DNA of 64,000 nt. It comes from Lachnospiraceae bacterium. Lineage in GTDB: Bacteria > Bacillota > Clostridia > Lachnospirales > Lachnospiraceae. The DNA is taken from the NCBI GenBank assembly GCA_024698705.1, contig JAILQX010000017.1, forward strand, positions 13,988 to 77,987, read 5' to 3'. A program made the translations under genes and the position numbers. Below the pieces are notes generated by a model. The model saw nothing but the letters and a program-made list of their open reading frames with translations. It did not search any database and had not been told where the DNA came from. Positions 1 through 8,337 of the stretch are shown here, piece by piece; position 1 is the first letter of the stretch, and every line of letters begins with the position of its first letter.

Positions 1-2001
1 GTCCGTCCCGGAATTTAAAAGTGCTTTTTCTATACTTTCTTTATCGGGTACCTTCGGATCCTCGGCATGAAAGTCCCAGAGTTCGCTCACATTCCCTATA
101 GCGATGTCAAAGCATCCCGATGTGGAATCGGCGTATTCCCTTCCAAGGCATATGACACTGTACATATCCTCGGAAATATCCGTCATATAGGCTCCGTCTT
201 CGTCCGTATTCAGGTTGCCCTGCCTGCTGTTTATCTTATATAACTCGCTTTCCGGATCGGTCCTTGAAAATATCCTCTCATACTCAGCGCATTTTTCGAG
301 TGCATCGTCCAATATGATACCGTTCGTGTCATCAAACACCCTAATATTTACATAAGTATCAAAATAAAACCCCGAGACGCTGTCCTTTTTTTCATCCGTT
401 TCAGCGTTTGTGTCACTCTTCATCTTTCTTGCGGCAAGATATTTGTAGAAGAACTTGTCCTCCGGCTCATAGGTGTAATAATTGTAGAGCATATCCTCCG
501 ACAGCTCGGCATCCCTGTTTGAGTAGAACTCAAGCGAACCGTAGACATCCTGAAGATGCGATTCTGTCTTGTAGACCTTTATATTGTCCTTTATCTCCAT
601 GAGCGGATACCACATGCCTATCACAAGTACCACAGCCGTTACCGTCGCCCTGACAACGAGCTTACGGTCGACATCTTCCGACTTCACCCGGCGATCGTAA
701 GTATTGAACAGCTCGATCACAAAGATCATTATCACAAACAATCCCGGGATCGACGTTCCCATTACCCAGTCATTGCACAGTCCCATACGGAATACGGGTA
801 TAACGGTAAGTACCGCAACTGTCGTGTAATATATGATGTCCTTCTTATGCTCCTTAAAAGTACAGATCGCATATATCCCGAACATCATAAAGTCAAATAT
901 AAATATGATCCACACTGTCCCAAGATCCATATCCTGCACATGAAACTTCATGTATCTCGGCTTCTCTACCTGCATATAGCCGAGGAAATACGTGATCAGT
1001 ACGGTTCCCAGAGTGGCCATCGTGCATATATTTGAAAGTGAAAATATCTTAAATAAGCTCTTTTTCTTATCTTCCGCCTTGATGAAACTCTGAACGGCAA
1101 CGGCTATACCGAGGCAAGCGAAGCATACGATCGAAAATGTACCGTACAGAAGTGCCGGTGCAAATAAAAGCACATAATGTTCGGTATGTTTTTTGTGCTC
1201 CATAAAGAGCATCACGATCAGCCAGATGACTATCACCTGTGGATACACCCAGCGTATCATGACGATATTACTTCGGTACTGAAGCATAAAATCTTCTACG
1301 AGGAGCCAGTGATGTGCCCCGAGTGAGAACATGTCGACCGAATAGAGGTCATTGCACACGAGCTGTGCAAGCGGCAACGCACCGCAGAATAACAGCATGA
1401 TGAACAGTGTCCTGAACTGTTTTTTTACATTATCGCTTTTTGTGATACGCACGAGATTCAGATAAACAAGATACAGCCCTGTAACGCCCCATACGGCCAT
1501 TACGGCGCTTGCGACCTTAAAGCCAATGTCTGTCTCCATCCCGCCGTTTCTTGCCATTACAAGACCGCGTACGGCTTTACCGATCAGTGCCGGAAGCATG
1601 TACTGCCCCAAATAATAGGTCAGCATGCTTTTTTCGTATCTCTCATAATATACGGGCCAGCTGCGGTTCACGAGATCACGCAGCACTGCATTATGTTTGT
1701 GCCAGTCTCCCGCCTGCTGGAATATACCTCCGAAACCTATGAGTATACAGATCACGATCAGGATAAGGGCGGAAAGCGCCATCATCCACGGACCGATCTT
1801 CACAGGCTCGGTGTTCTCAAGTTCGCCGGTATAATCCTCATACATTTTTTTCATGAAAAAAGCACAAAAAGATAACGTTATGATCCATACCGCTATCTTA
1901 GTGTGACCGATCATGAATATGCAGACCGGCAGATATATGTATATAAAGGTTATCAACAATAAAGCTTTGCTGTTGCTTTTCATTCCGCGACTCCAGCTCA
2001 T
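1..2001 (-). CDS. Polytopic membrane protein (GT-C-like, inferred) fused in frame to a C-terminal ApbE-family FAD:protein FMN transferase domain; runs off the window edge
   Basis: Absent from the ORF track because it has no stop in the window. I read the frame by hand from ATG 2001 (alternative ATG 1983) to base 1 and found no stop. The N-terminal ~530 aa have many hydrophobic segments (GGIFQQAGDWHKHNAVLRDL...MLTYYLGQY). The last ~125 aa read SGFYFDTYVNIRVF...YERIFSRTDPESELYKIN...STSGCFDIAIGNVSELWDF, typical of the ApbE N-terminus. Confidence 0.8.
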   Translation of the reverse strand, partial: MSWSRGMKSNSKALLLITFIYIYLPVCIFMIGHTKIAVWIITLSFCAFFMKKMYEDYTGELENTEPVKIGPWMMALSALILIVICILIGFGGIFQQAGDWHKHNAVLRDLVNRSWPVYYERYEKSMLTYYLGQYMLPALIGKAVRGLVMARNGGMETDIGFKVASAVMAVWGVTGLYLVYLNLVRITKSDNVKKQFRTLFIMLLFCGALPLAQLVCNDLYSVDMFSLGAHHWLLVEDFMLQYRSNIVMIRWVYPQVIVIWLIVMLFMEHKKHTEHYVLLFAPALLYGTFSIVCFACLGIAVAVQSFIKAEDKKKSLFKIFSLSNICTMATLGTVLITYFLGYMQVEKPRYMKFHVQDMDLGTVWIIFIFDFMMFGIYAICTFKEHKKDIIYYTTVAVLTVIPVFRMGLCNDWVMGTSIPGLFVIMIFVIELFNTYDRRVKSEDVDRKLVVRATVTAVVLVIGMWYPLMEIKDNIKVYKTESHLQDVYGSLEFYSNRDAELSEDMLYNYYTYEPEDKFFYKYLAARKMKSDTNAETDEKKDSVSGFYFDTYVNIRVFDDTNGIILDDALEKCAEYERIFSRTDPESELYKINSRQGNLNTDEDGAYMTDISEDMYSVICLGREYADSTSGCFDIAIGNVSELWDFHAEDPKVPDKESIEKALLNSGTD

Positions 2002-4146
2002 TCAGTCAATTTTTATGATCTCGATGATCTGACCGTTATCACCGACCGCCAGGAAAATGATCTCTCCCAGTGTTTCAAGCACACCGTTTTCGACCGTGCC
2101 GTACTTTTCGTATTCACGCGGTCCGATGTAAATATAGTCAACATTATATTTGTCAAGCAGTGACTTTGCCCTCATGCTGTCGGTCCCCGTATAAATATCC
2201 TTAATGTCACCCGCTCTGAGTTCGTAGAAATTATAGGAATTGTTCCACAGCCATTCGTGGGTCCTCCAGCCCATAACGGTCGGAAATCCCGTTAGCACCG
2301 ATACATAGCAGCTGTTAGAATAGCTGTCGCCGTCTGCCTGGAGAACAACGGGCTGCAATTCACCTGTATCCGCGACCTGATCTGTCAGTGAATCTATGGC
2401 ACCCATCTCCGTTTGGTTTTCAAGCCTTATGCTGTAGGCCGCATCCATGCTGAGATAGCCTTTATTGCCGCCGTCATTTAACCACATACGGGTCGCCATA
2501 AAGATATAACCGGACAGCATTGCGATACAGATCAGCAATCCTGTCGCAGTCCGCCGGTATTTTTTCCTGTAATACATCTCCTCCTCGGCCTTTGCCTGAG
2601 TGTGGAAAAAATTGACGATATAACCCGAGCAGAGGCCGAACATGATAAATGCTTCAAACGTAAGTTTGAACATCGTATTGGCCCTCGGGAATCCGTCTAT
2701 ATAGATATCCTTGACAAATATAAACTCCGGCATGAATATAAGCCCGGTCGCACACAGCAAGAGCAGCAGTACGTAAAGAGCTGACAGCGTCAGTTTCTTA
2801 AGTCTTATGATGAGTGCTGTGAACAATGCCGTCATAATAAGGTCAAAGCCCCAGAGAATCAGGAACTGATACCATCTCGTATGCGTATAAGCAATACCCA
2901 GTCCCTCGGTCATCGTCTTGAAGTTCAGTGAGAACGGCAGAGCGACCGCCAATGTGATTATCACGACAAACGCGCCTATTGCCGCAGTATTGCCTATGAT
3001 CTTCTTGCATCTGACAGGTTTCGTGTATCCGGCCGTGTTGTCCTTACCGAAATGTCTGATCAGTCCAAACAATATGATGCTGCCCGAAACCACGAAGTAG
3101 ATCATGAAATCCCAGCTGTTGGCCATAAAGCTTATGCCGATCAGAAAGCCCAGACACGCTATTTTAAGATCGAGCATGTTCTTCAGCCAGCTGTCACTCA
3201 AACTGTCGGAATCCTGCAGCCAGGCCCACAGAATGGCCAGGATGCATATGACTGCCATCATATTTACCACATGTGCATGAAGGTCACCTACTATGAACGA
3301 ATACGCCGGGAATTCATGGATCGTATGATCATTGGCGACTTCGGGAATGTAGCCTATGTATCTGGTCGAATTTGCAAACCAGTAGTTGGGCGCCGGACCT
3401 TCGAGCTGAAGCATTTCCCATACGGCGGGAACCAGATATTTAAAAACTATAAAATGAAAACTGCCCGCACACACGACTGCACATGAGGAAATGATACCTG
3501 CGATCCTGCTCTTTGAAATATTTCTTACAAGTGCAAAGATGCCGACAAGCGCAAAAGCCATCACGGCATAAAGTCCGAAGGTATAGGCATAACCCATGTC
3601 TATAAATGCCAGTTTACCGGCAAATGTAAATATATATTGGCCGAAATAATAATAATTGATGCTTTTCCCCGCGCACCAAATATCGGCAGCCGGCATATAT
3701 TCAGTCCTTGCGATGGACATCATAAATCCAAGATCCATGAAGCGTTCGGTACCGTAAGAAGGCACCCTGTACGCATAGATAATGCATACGAGCACAAAAA
3801 GGAAAGCAAATACAAGGCCTTCGATGAGCATATATCTGAAAGAAGCCCTGAGTTCCTCAAAAAACGAGTTGTCGCCTTTTTTATATTTCCAAAAAACATA
3901 TGAATAATTAAGAACGGTTATCAGAATGACGCAGAACCATGAAGTGCCCACTCCAAACTTCAGAATGTGGCAGGAAGAAAAAAACCACATCAGATATCCG
4001 GACAGATACAGACCGATGATCCCCGAAAATATAAATCCCCTGTTCTCAAACTTATGAAAAAGTTTGAAACAAAGCGGCAATACCGAAATGCCGAGGATCA
4101 GAAGTATGCATAAGAATTTGAATAATTGCAGAAGATCATTCCACAT
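2002..4146 (-). CDS. DUF2298 / YYY-domain membrane protein (predicted GT-C fold glycosyltransferase)
   Basis: 714 aa with many TM segments; motifs ERFMDLGF, INYYYFGQY, EFPAYSFIVGDLHAH, RANTMFK; soluble C-terminal domain. Confidence 0.8.
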   Translation of the reverse strand: MWNDLLQLFKFLCILLILGISVLPLCFKLFHKFENRGFIFSGIIGLYLSGYLMWFFSSCHILKFGVGTSWFCVILITVLNYSYVFWKYKKGDNSFFEELRASFRYMLIEGLVFAFLFVLVCIIYAYRVPSYGTERFMDLGFMMSIARTEYMPAADIWCAGKSINYYYFGQYIFTFAGKLAFIDMGYAYTFGLYAVMAFALVGIFALVRNISKSRIAGIISSCAVVCAGSFHFIVFKYLVPAVWEMLQLEGPAPNYWFANSTRYIGYIPEVANDHTIHEFPAYSFIVGDLHAHVVNMMAVICILAILWAWLQDSDSLSDSWLKNMLDLKIACLGFLIGISFMANSWDFMIYFVVSGSIILFGLIRHFGKDNTAGYTKPVRCKKIIGNTAAIGAFVVIITLAVALPFSLNFKTMTEGLGIAYTHTRWYQFLILWGFDLIMTALFTALIIRLKKLTLSALYVLLLLLCATGLIFMPEFIFVKDIYIDGFPRANTMFKLTFEAFIMFGLCSGYIVNFFHTQAKAEEEMYYRKKYRRTATGLLICIAMLSGYIFMATRMWLNDGGNKGYLSMDAAYSIRLENQTEMGAIDSLTDQVADTGELQPVVLQADGDSYSNSCYVSVLTGFPTVMGWRTHEWLWNNSYNFYELRAGDIKDIYTGTDSMRAKSLLDKYNVDYIYIGPREYEKYGTVENGVLETLGEIIFLAVGDNGQIIEIIKID

Positions 4147-4167
4147 TAAAAAACTCCCCTAAAGCAA

Positions 4168-4647
4168 TCAAAACAGCCCTACAAACCAGGCAACTATACC
4201 GGTACCGCATCCCATGATCACACCGGCGAGCACAACTCCCGCAAGTACGGCGATGACACTTTTCTTAAAGTCCATATCGAGTATGCTGGCAGCAAGTGTG
4301 CCTGTCCATGCTCCCGTACCCGGCAGCGGTATACCGACAAATAAAAACAGTGCGACATACAATCCGCGTCCTGCCTTGCTCTGCAGCTTTTCCCCGCCCT
4401 TTTCACCTTTTACCATACAAAAATCACAGAACCTGCTGAAAAGAGGTATGTTCTTCTTCTGTCCCCATGCAAGAACCTTTCTCGCAAACAGATAGATTAC
4501 GGGAACCGGAAGCATATTTCCGATTATACAGACTATATAAGCGTTTAGTACGGGTATCCCGGCCGTCAGAGCATAAGGTATTGCAACCCTGAGTTCAATG
4601 AGCGGAACCATGGATATCAAAAATGAAATAAGATATTTTTTAAACAT
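4168..4647 (-). CDS. Small multi-drug export family membrane protein (COG2426-like)
   Basis: SMVPLIELRVAIP and LFVGIPLPGTGAWTGTLAASIL motifs. Confidence 0.85.
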   Translation of the reverse strand: MFKKYLISFLISMVPLIELRVAIPYALTAGIPVLNAYIVCIIGNMLPVPVIYLFARKVLAWGQKKNIPLFSRFCDFCMVKGEKGGEKLQSKAGRGLYVALFLFVGIPLPGTGAWTGTLAASILDMDFKKSVIAVLAGVVLAGVIMGCGTGIVAWFVGLF

Positions 4648-4660
4648 ATATAAACCTTTA

Positions 4661-5119
4661 CTACAGAAATCTGACTATTATGACCGCTACTATTACACCG
4701 GTGAGTGCACCTATGAGAACCTGCAACGGTGTATGTCCGACAAGTTCCTTTAATCTTTCTTCCGGTGAGATATTCTTACCCATGTTCTGGAATATCTCGA
4801 TCATATCATTGAGGATCTTGCCCTGACGTCCTGTTTCCATACGCACATTCATGGCATCATACATGACTATGATCGCAAAGCAGAGCGCTATCGCAAATTC
4901 AATACTGCCTCCGCCGTATATCATGCCTGTTGCGGTCGCAAGGCCACATACCATGGATGAATGGCAGCTCGGCATACCTCCGGCACCGACAAAACGCTCT
5001 AGCTCAAATTTCTTGTTGATTATGGCATAAATAATGGTTTTGGCAACCTGTGCAACAGCCCATCCGCCGAGCCCTGCCAAAAAGGCCTTATTGGCAAACA
5101 GACTTCTCAAAAAATCCAT
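4661..5119 (-). CDS. Divergent PAP2 family protein (DUF212)
   Basis: GGMPSCHS, IVMYDAMNVR, LKELVGHTPLQV motifs. Confidence 0.85.
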   Translation of the reverse strand: MDFLRSLFANKAFLAGLGGWAVAQVAKTIIYAIINKKFELERFVGAGGMPSCHSSMVCGLATATGMIYGGGSIEFAIALCFAIIVMYDAMNVRMETGRQGKILNDMIEIFQNMGKNISPEERLKELVGHTPLQVLIGALTGVIVAVIIVRFL

Positions 5120-5171
5120 GAAAACTCCTTTTTGTTATTACAACATTCGTATTATATCATCACATGCCAAA

Positions 5172-5205
5172 TAATAAAAGACCCACTTCCGCGGGTCTTT
5201 TATTA
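5172..5205. terminator. Intrinsic terminator downstream of degV
   Basis: 13-bp inverted repeat TAATAAAAGACCC / GGGTCTTTTATTA with A/T tails. Confidence 0.75.
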
Positions 5206-5287
5206 CCGAAAATCTTTATATGTTTAAGTATAGTCGTATCGAACCGGCATTAAACTTCGATCTCGTAAGCGGGTACGACAGTTCAAT

Positions 5288-6169
5288 TTAACCTTCGATC
5301 TCATATCCGAGAACGAGTCCGCCTCTTTCGGCGTAGAAAGTACAGAGTCCTGTCGTTTCGGCAATGGTTATGTCGGCATTCGGAAACTCCTTTAAAATAA
5401 GGTTCTTTAAGTTTTCGGCATCCTCAACTGCAAGACAGTGATCTATGATGAACCTTCCGCCCTTGTATCCGGCTTCCTTCATGGCATCAACCAGAGTACG
5501 GAGTGTCTTGTCATCGCCCCTTACCTTATTCTTGGGCTGAAGTACACCTGTCTCCGAAAAATCCCCGACGATGTGAATCTTAAGTGTCTCTGCGATCTTG
5601 GCAACAGTTTTGTTTATACGTCCATTATTTGCAAGATTCTTAAGTGATTTTAAAGCAAATCCTATCTTTGTATTTCTGTGGCAATACTCATCCAGTTCCT
5701 TACAGAAGCTGTCAAACTCTTCGGCACTCTTGAAGTTCAAAGCTTCCGGATCCGCTTTTTCCTTATTTGCTATATATTCGATACAGAGTTTTTCAACCGG
5801 TCCTATGGCCGTTGTATCAAGTACATATACTCTTCTGCCTTCGTGTTCTTCCATATACTGCTCCGCAGCGACCCTGCAGGCATTGTAGGAACCCGATAAG
5901 ATGCTTGCGAGTGTGATACCTATGACATATTCGTGCTCACCGAAGCTTTCAAGCCATTCATCAATACCCGGGCAGGCCGAATGCGATGCAAGCTTTGTTC
6001 CTTCCAGATAGCTGACCATGTCATTGATATCAAGATCCGCATCATCAATGAACTCTTTCTCATCGGTACAGATCTTAAGAGGTACAACGCAGCCGTCCAG
6101 TTTAACTCCGTTAACCTCATCCAATCTTCTGTAGTTTGATGCAGAATCGATCGTAATGTGTAAATTCAT
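5288..6169 (-). CDS. DegV family fatty-acid-binding protein
   Basis: ITIDSAS start, SHSACP, LSGSYN, SLKNLANNGRI, GGLVLGY; 293 aa. Confidence 0.85.
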   Translation of the reverse strand: MNLHITIDSASNYRRLDEVNGVKLDGCVVPLKICTDEKEFIDDADLDINDMVSYLEGTKLASHSACPGIDEWLESFGEHEYVIGITLASILSGSYNACRVAAEQYMEEHEGRRVYVLDTTAIGPVEKLCIEYIANKEKADPEALNFKSAEEFDSFCKELDEYCHRNTKIGFALKSLKNLANNGRINKTVAKIAETLKIHIVGDFSETGVLQPKNKVRGDDKTLRTLVDAMKEAGYKGGRFIIDHCLAVEDAENLKNLILKEFPNADITIAETTGLCTFYAERGGLVLGYEIEG

Positions 6170-6326
6170 AGTATTTATCTCCCTATCATAAGTTTTTCAA
6201 AAACCGATGTCATATATATTTATATCAGTATTATAATGGCAAGTCAAGTATCTTACAATTTATAAAAAAAAATTAAGATAAAAATCGTATTTTGAGATAT
6301 AATATCATGTGTGAGGGGAATCAGCC

Positions 6327-6848
6327 ATGGATAAATTTGAAAATACAAGAGCGATCGATGATATCAAGAGATTTCATCTTCCCAAATACAACGAGATACC
6401 GGATGTCGGCCTTTTTCTTGAACAGACGACCAAATATGTAAGCGGCTATCTGGAAAACCTTGAAGGAATAACGATAACATCGTCCATGATAAGCAATTAT
6501 GTCAAGAAGAAGCTTATCGACAATCCTATCAAAAAGCAGTATTACCGCGATCAGATCGTCTACATCATATTTATCGCAATCGCAAAATCAGTGCTCTCTC
6601 TCGAAGAGATCGAGCACCTGATCAATGTACGCGGTAAACAATATGATTGTAAAGAGCTGTATGAATATTTCTGCAATGAATTCGAAAGCAATCTGTATTC
6701 GGTATTCGGGATCACACCCGAAGCCAAAGAAGAACCGTATCCCCAGAACGAGGACCGCTTTCTTCTTCACAATACAATCATAACAGCTTCACACAAGATA
6801 TATCTTGATAAGATATTTGCACTGAGGATCCACAATGAAAAAGAGTGA
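6327..6848 (+). CDS. DUF1836 family protein
   Basis: LPKYNEIPDVGLFLEQ, ITSSMISNYVKKKLI; divergent from degV; GAGGGG SD. Confidence 0.85.
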   Translation: MDKFENTRAIDDIKRFHLPKYNEIPDVGLFLEQTTKYVSGYLENLEGITITSSMISNYVKKKLIDNPIKKQYYRDQIVYIIFIAIAKSVLSLEEIEHLINVRGKQYDCKELYEYFCNEFESNLYSVFGITPEAKEEPYPQNEDRFLLHNTIITASHKIYLDKIFALRIHNEKE

Positions 6849-6870
6849 GCACCGATCACTCCGATAAATG

Positions 6871-6920
6871 CCTGTCGATCGGTCACTCATATCATTTCCT
6901 GTCGATTGGTCACTCATATC
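6871..6920. repeat. Two 23-bp direct repeats (27-bp period) overlapping the VanW-like gene stop codon
   Basis: CCTGTCGATCGGTCACTCATATC at 6871-6893 and CCTGTCGATTGGTCACTCATATC at 6898-6920. Confidence 0.9.
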
Positions 6921-7806
6921 TTGCTATCGATACGGTAAGCACTCCGTTATCTGCGGAAGCATATATAACGATCGGAAAATCAAAGGTATTGTCGAACTTA
7001 AGATCCAGAGAATTTCCCGCTATAGTGGCATCCATACCCGCCGGAATATATGTTACCGGCAATGAATGGGGATGACGCTCCGTAGCAGGCAGGCCTGCCG
7101 AAAGCATGGCCGCATATAATGTCGAAGAAACCTGACACACGCCACCGCCTATACCGCTGGCGTGTTGTTTATTTAGGAAAATAGGTGCGACCACATATCC
7201 GTTGGCCGAAGTCCTCGGAAGGATGGTCTGATTAAATGAAAAACTCTCTCCTCTTTTAACGACAACACCGTTGATACGAGAAGCTGCAACGCCCACATTT
7301 GTTGCTCTTGCAACCTTTGCATCATACTTTGTCGTATATGTTCCGATGATATTGCCCGCTTTGACTGTCACGGCTTTAGGCTGTGCAGTTGCGGTTTTTG
7401 CGTTATTTGTGCCTCTACCGTATACGGACTTGCGGTTCTCGTTGACGCCGAATACCGCATAATGAACATGGTATTCCGCCCAGTTATCACCGTAGGCCTG
7501 ATCCAGGTCTTCATTATTCTCTCTGTAAGCCTTGGCATTGAACGTGGCTGAAGCATTTCTGCCTTCCTTAACACCGTTATTGATGTAATGTGTAAGCAGG
7601 CTGTCATAATTGTTGCCATACGCCGCCACAACATCCGGGTAAGTTGCCGCATAATACTGCGCATCAAATGCCATGGCATATTTTGCCCTTGCACTTGTCT
7701 TCTTAGGTGCCGCCAGACTTTCGATCGCAAAGGTATTGCCGAGTACAAGAATACCCGTCAAAACCGCTGCCAGTCTGTACAACAGCTTTCTGATAGATCT
7801 TTTCAT
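6910..7806 (-). CDS. Secreted VanW-domain protein with two N-terminal FD-x-x-Y...HY...G..E.R repeats
   Basis: Signal peptide; VanW motifs FSFNQTI, GGGVCQVSSTLY, HPHSLPVTYIPAGMDATI. Confidence 0.85.
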   Translation of the reverse strand: MKRSIRKLLYRLAAVLTGILVLGNTFAIESLAAPKKTSARAKYAMAFDAQYYAATYPDVVAAYGNNYDSLLTHYINNGVKEGRNASATFNAKAYRENNEDLDQAYGDNWAEYHVHYAVFGVNENRKSVYGRGTNNAKTATAQPKAVTVKAGNIIGTYTTKYDAKVARATNVGVAASRINGVVVKRGESFSFNQTILPRTSANGYVVAPIFLNKQHASGIGGGVCQVSSTLYAAMLSAGLPATERHPHSLPVTYIPAGMDATIAGNSLDLKFDNTFDFPIVIYASADNGVLTVSIARYE

Positions 7807-7885
7807 AATATTGCCTCACTCATATATAAGAAGTTCCGGTACGATCATTTTGCGGTCTCCCGGATCAAATAACAGCTTTAACGGC

Positions 7886-8296
7886 TTAATTCCTGTAATC
7901 CTTGCCATGTTTGCCGTTCGGATTGACAAATATGGATTTGAGCACCAGCGCAAGTCCGCCGAACAGCATGATAAAGATCAGAAGCGTGGCAAATAAAGAT
8001 GTCGTATTCCAATAAAGTCTAAGATTCATGATCACATTTGCAATGATCAGAAGGATACTGAGCCCCGTACATATCTTTGATGTCATGTTATATCTGTAGA
8101 ACAGGAAAATGATACTTGCTATAAACGGCACAAAGATCAGTCCGTCCATTCGTCTTCCGAACATCGAAAACGCAAAGATACTGCTCGTCGTTACTTCCAC
8201 ATTCTGCATGAACAGATAACCGCCCACACACAGCATTACCAGCCCGACAAAAAACTGGATTATATCATTTTCACCTAAATTCTCGTTATTTCCCAT
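7886..8296 (-). CDS. Small 4-TM membrane protein, unknown function
   Basis: Four hydrophobic segments. Start set at ATG 8296 (GGAGGAGAGG SD) rather than the track's GTG 8341. Confidence 0.7.
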   Translation of the reverse strand: MGNNENLGENDIIQFFVGLVMLCVGGYLFMQNVEVTTSSIFAFSMFGRRMDGLIFVPFIASIIFLFYRYNMTSKICTGLSILLIIANVIMNLRLYWNTTSLFATLLIFIMLFGGLALVLKSIFVNPNGKHGKDYRN

Positions 8297-8337
8297 ATCC
8301 TCTCCTCCTTCTATCAAACCTGCAATACTAACCCGAT

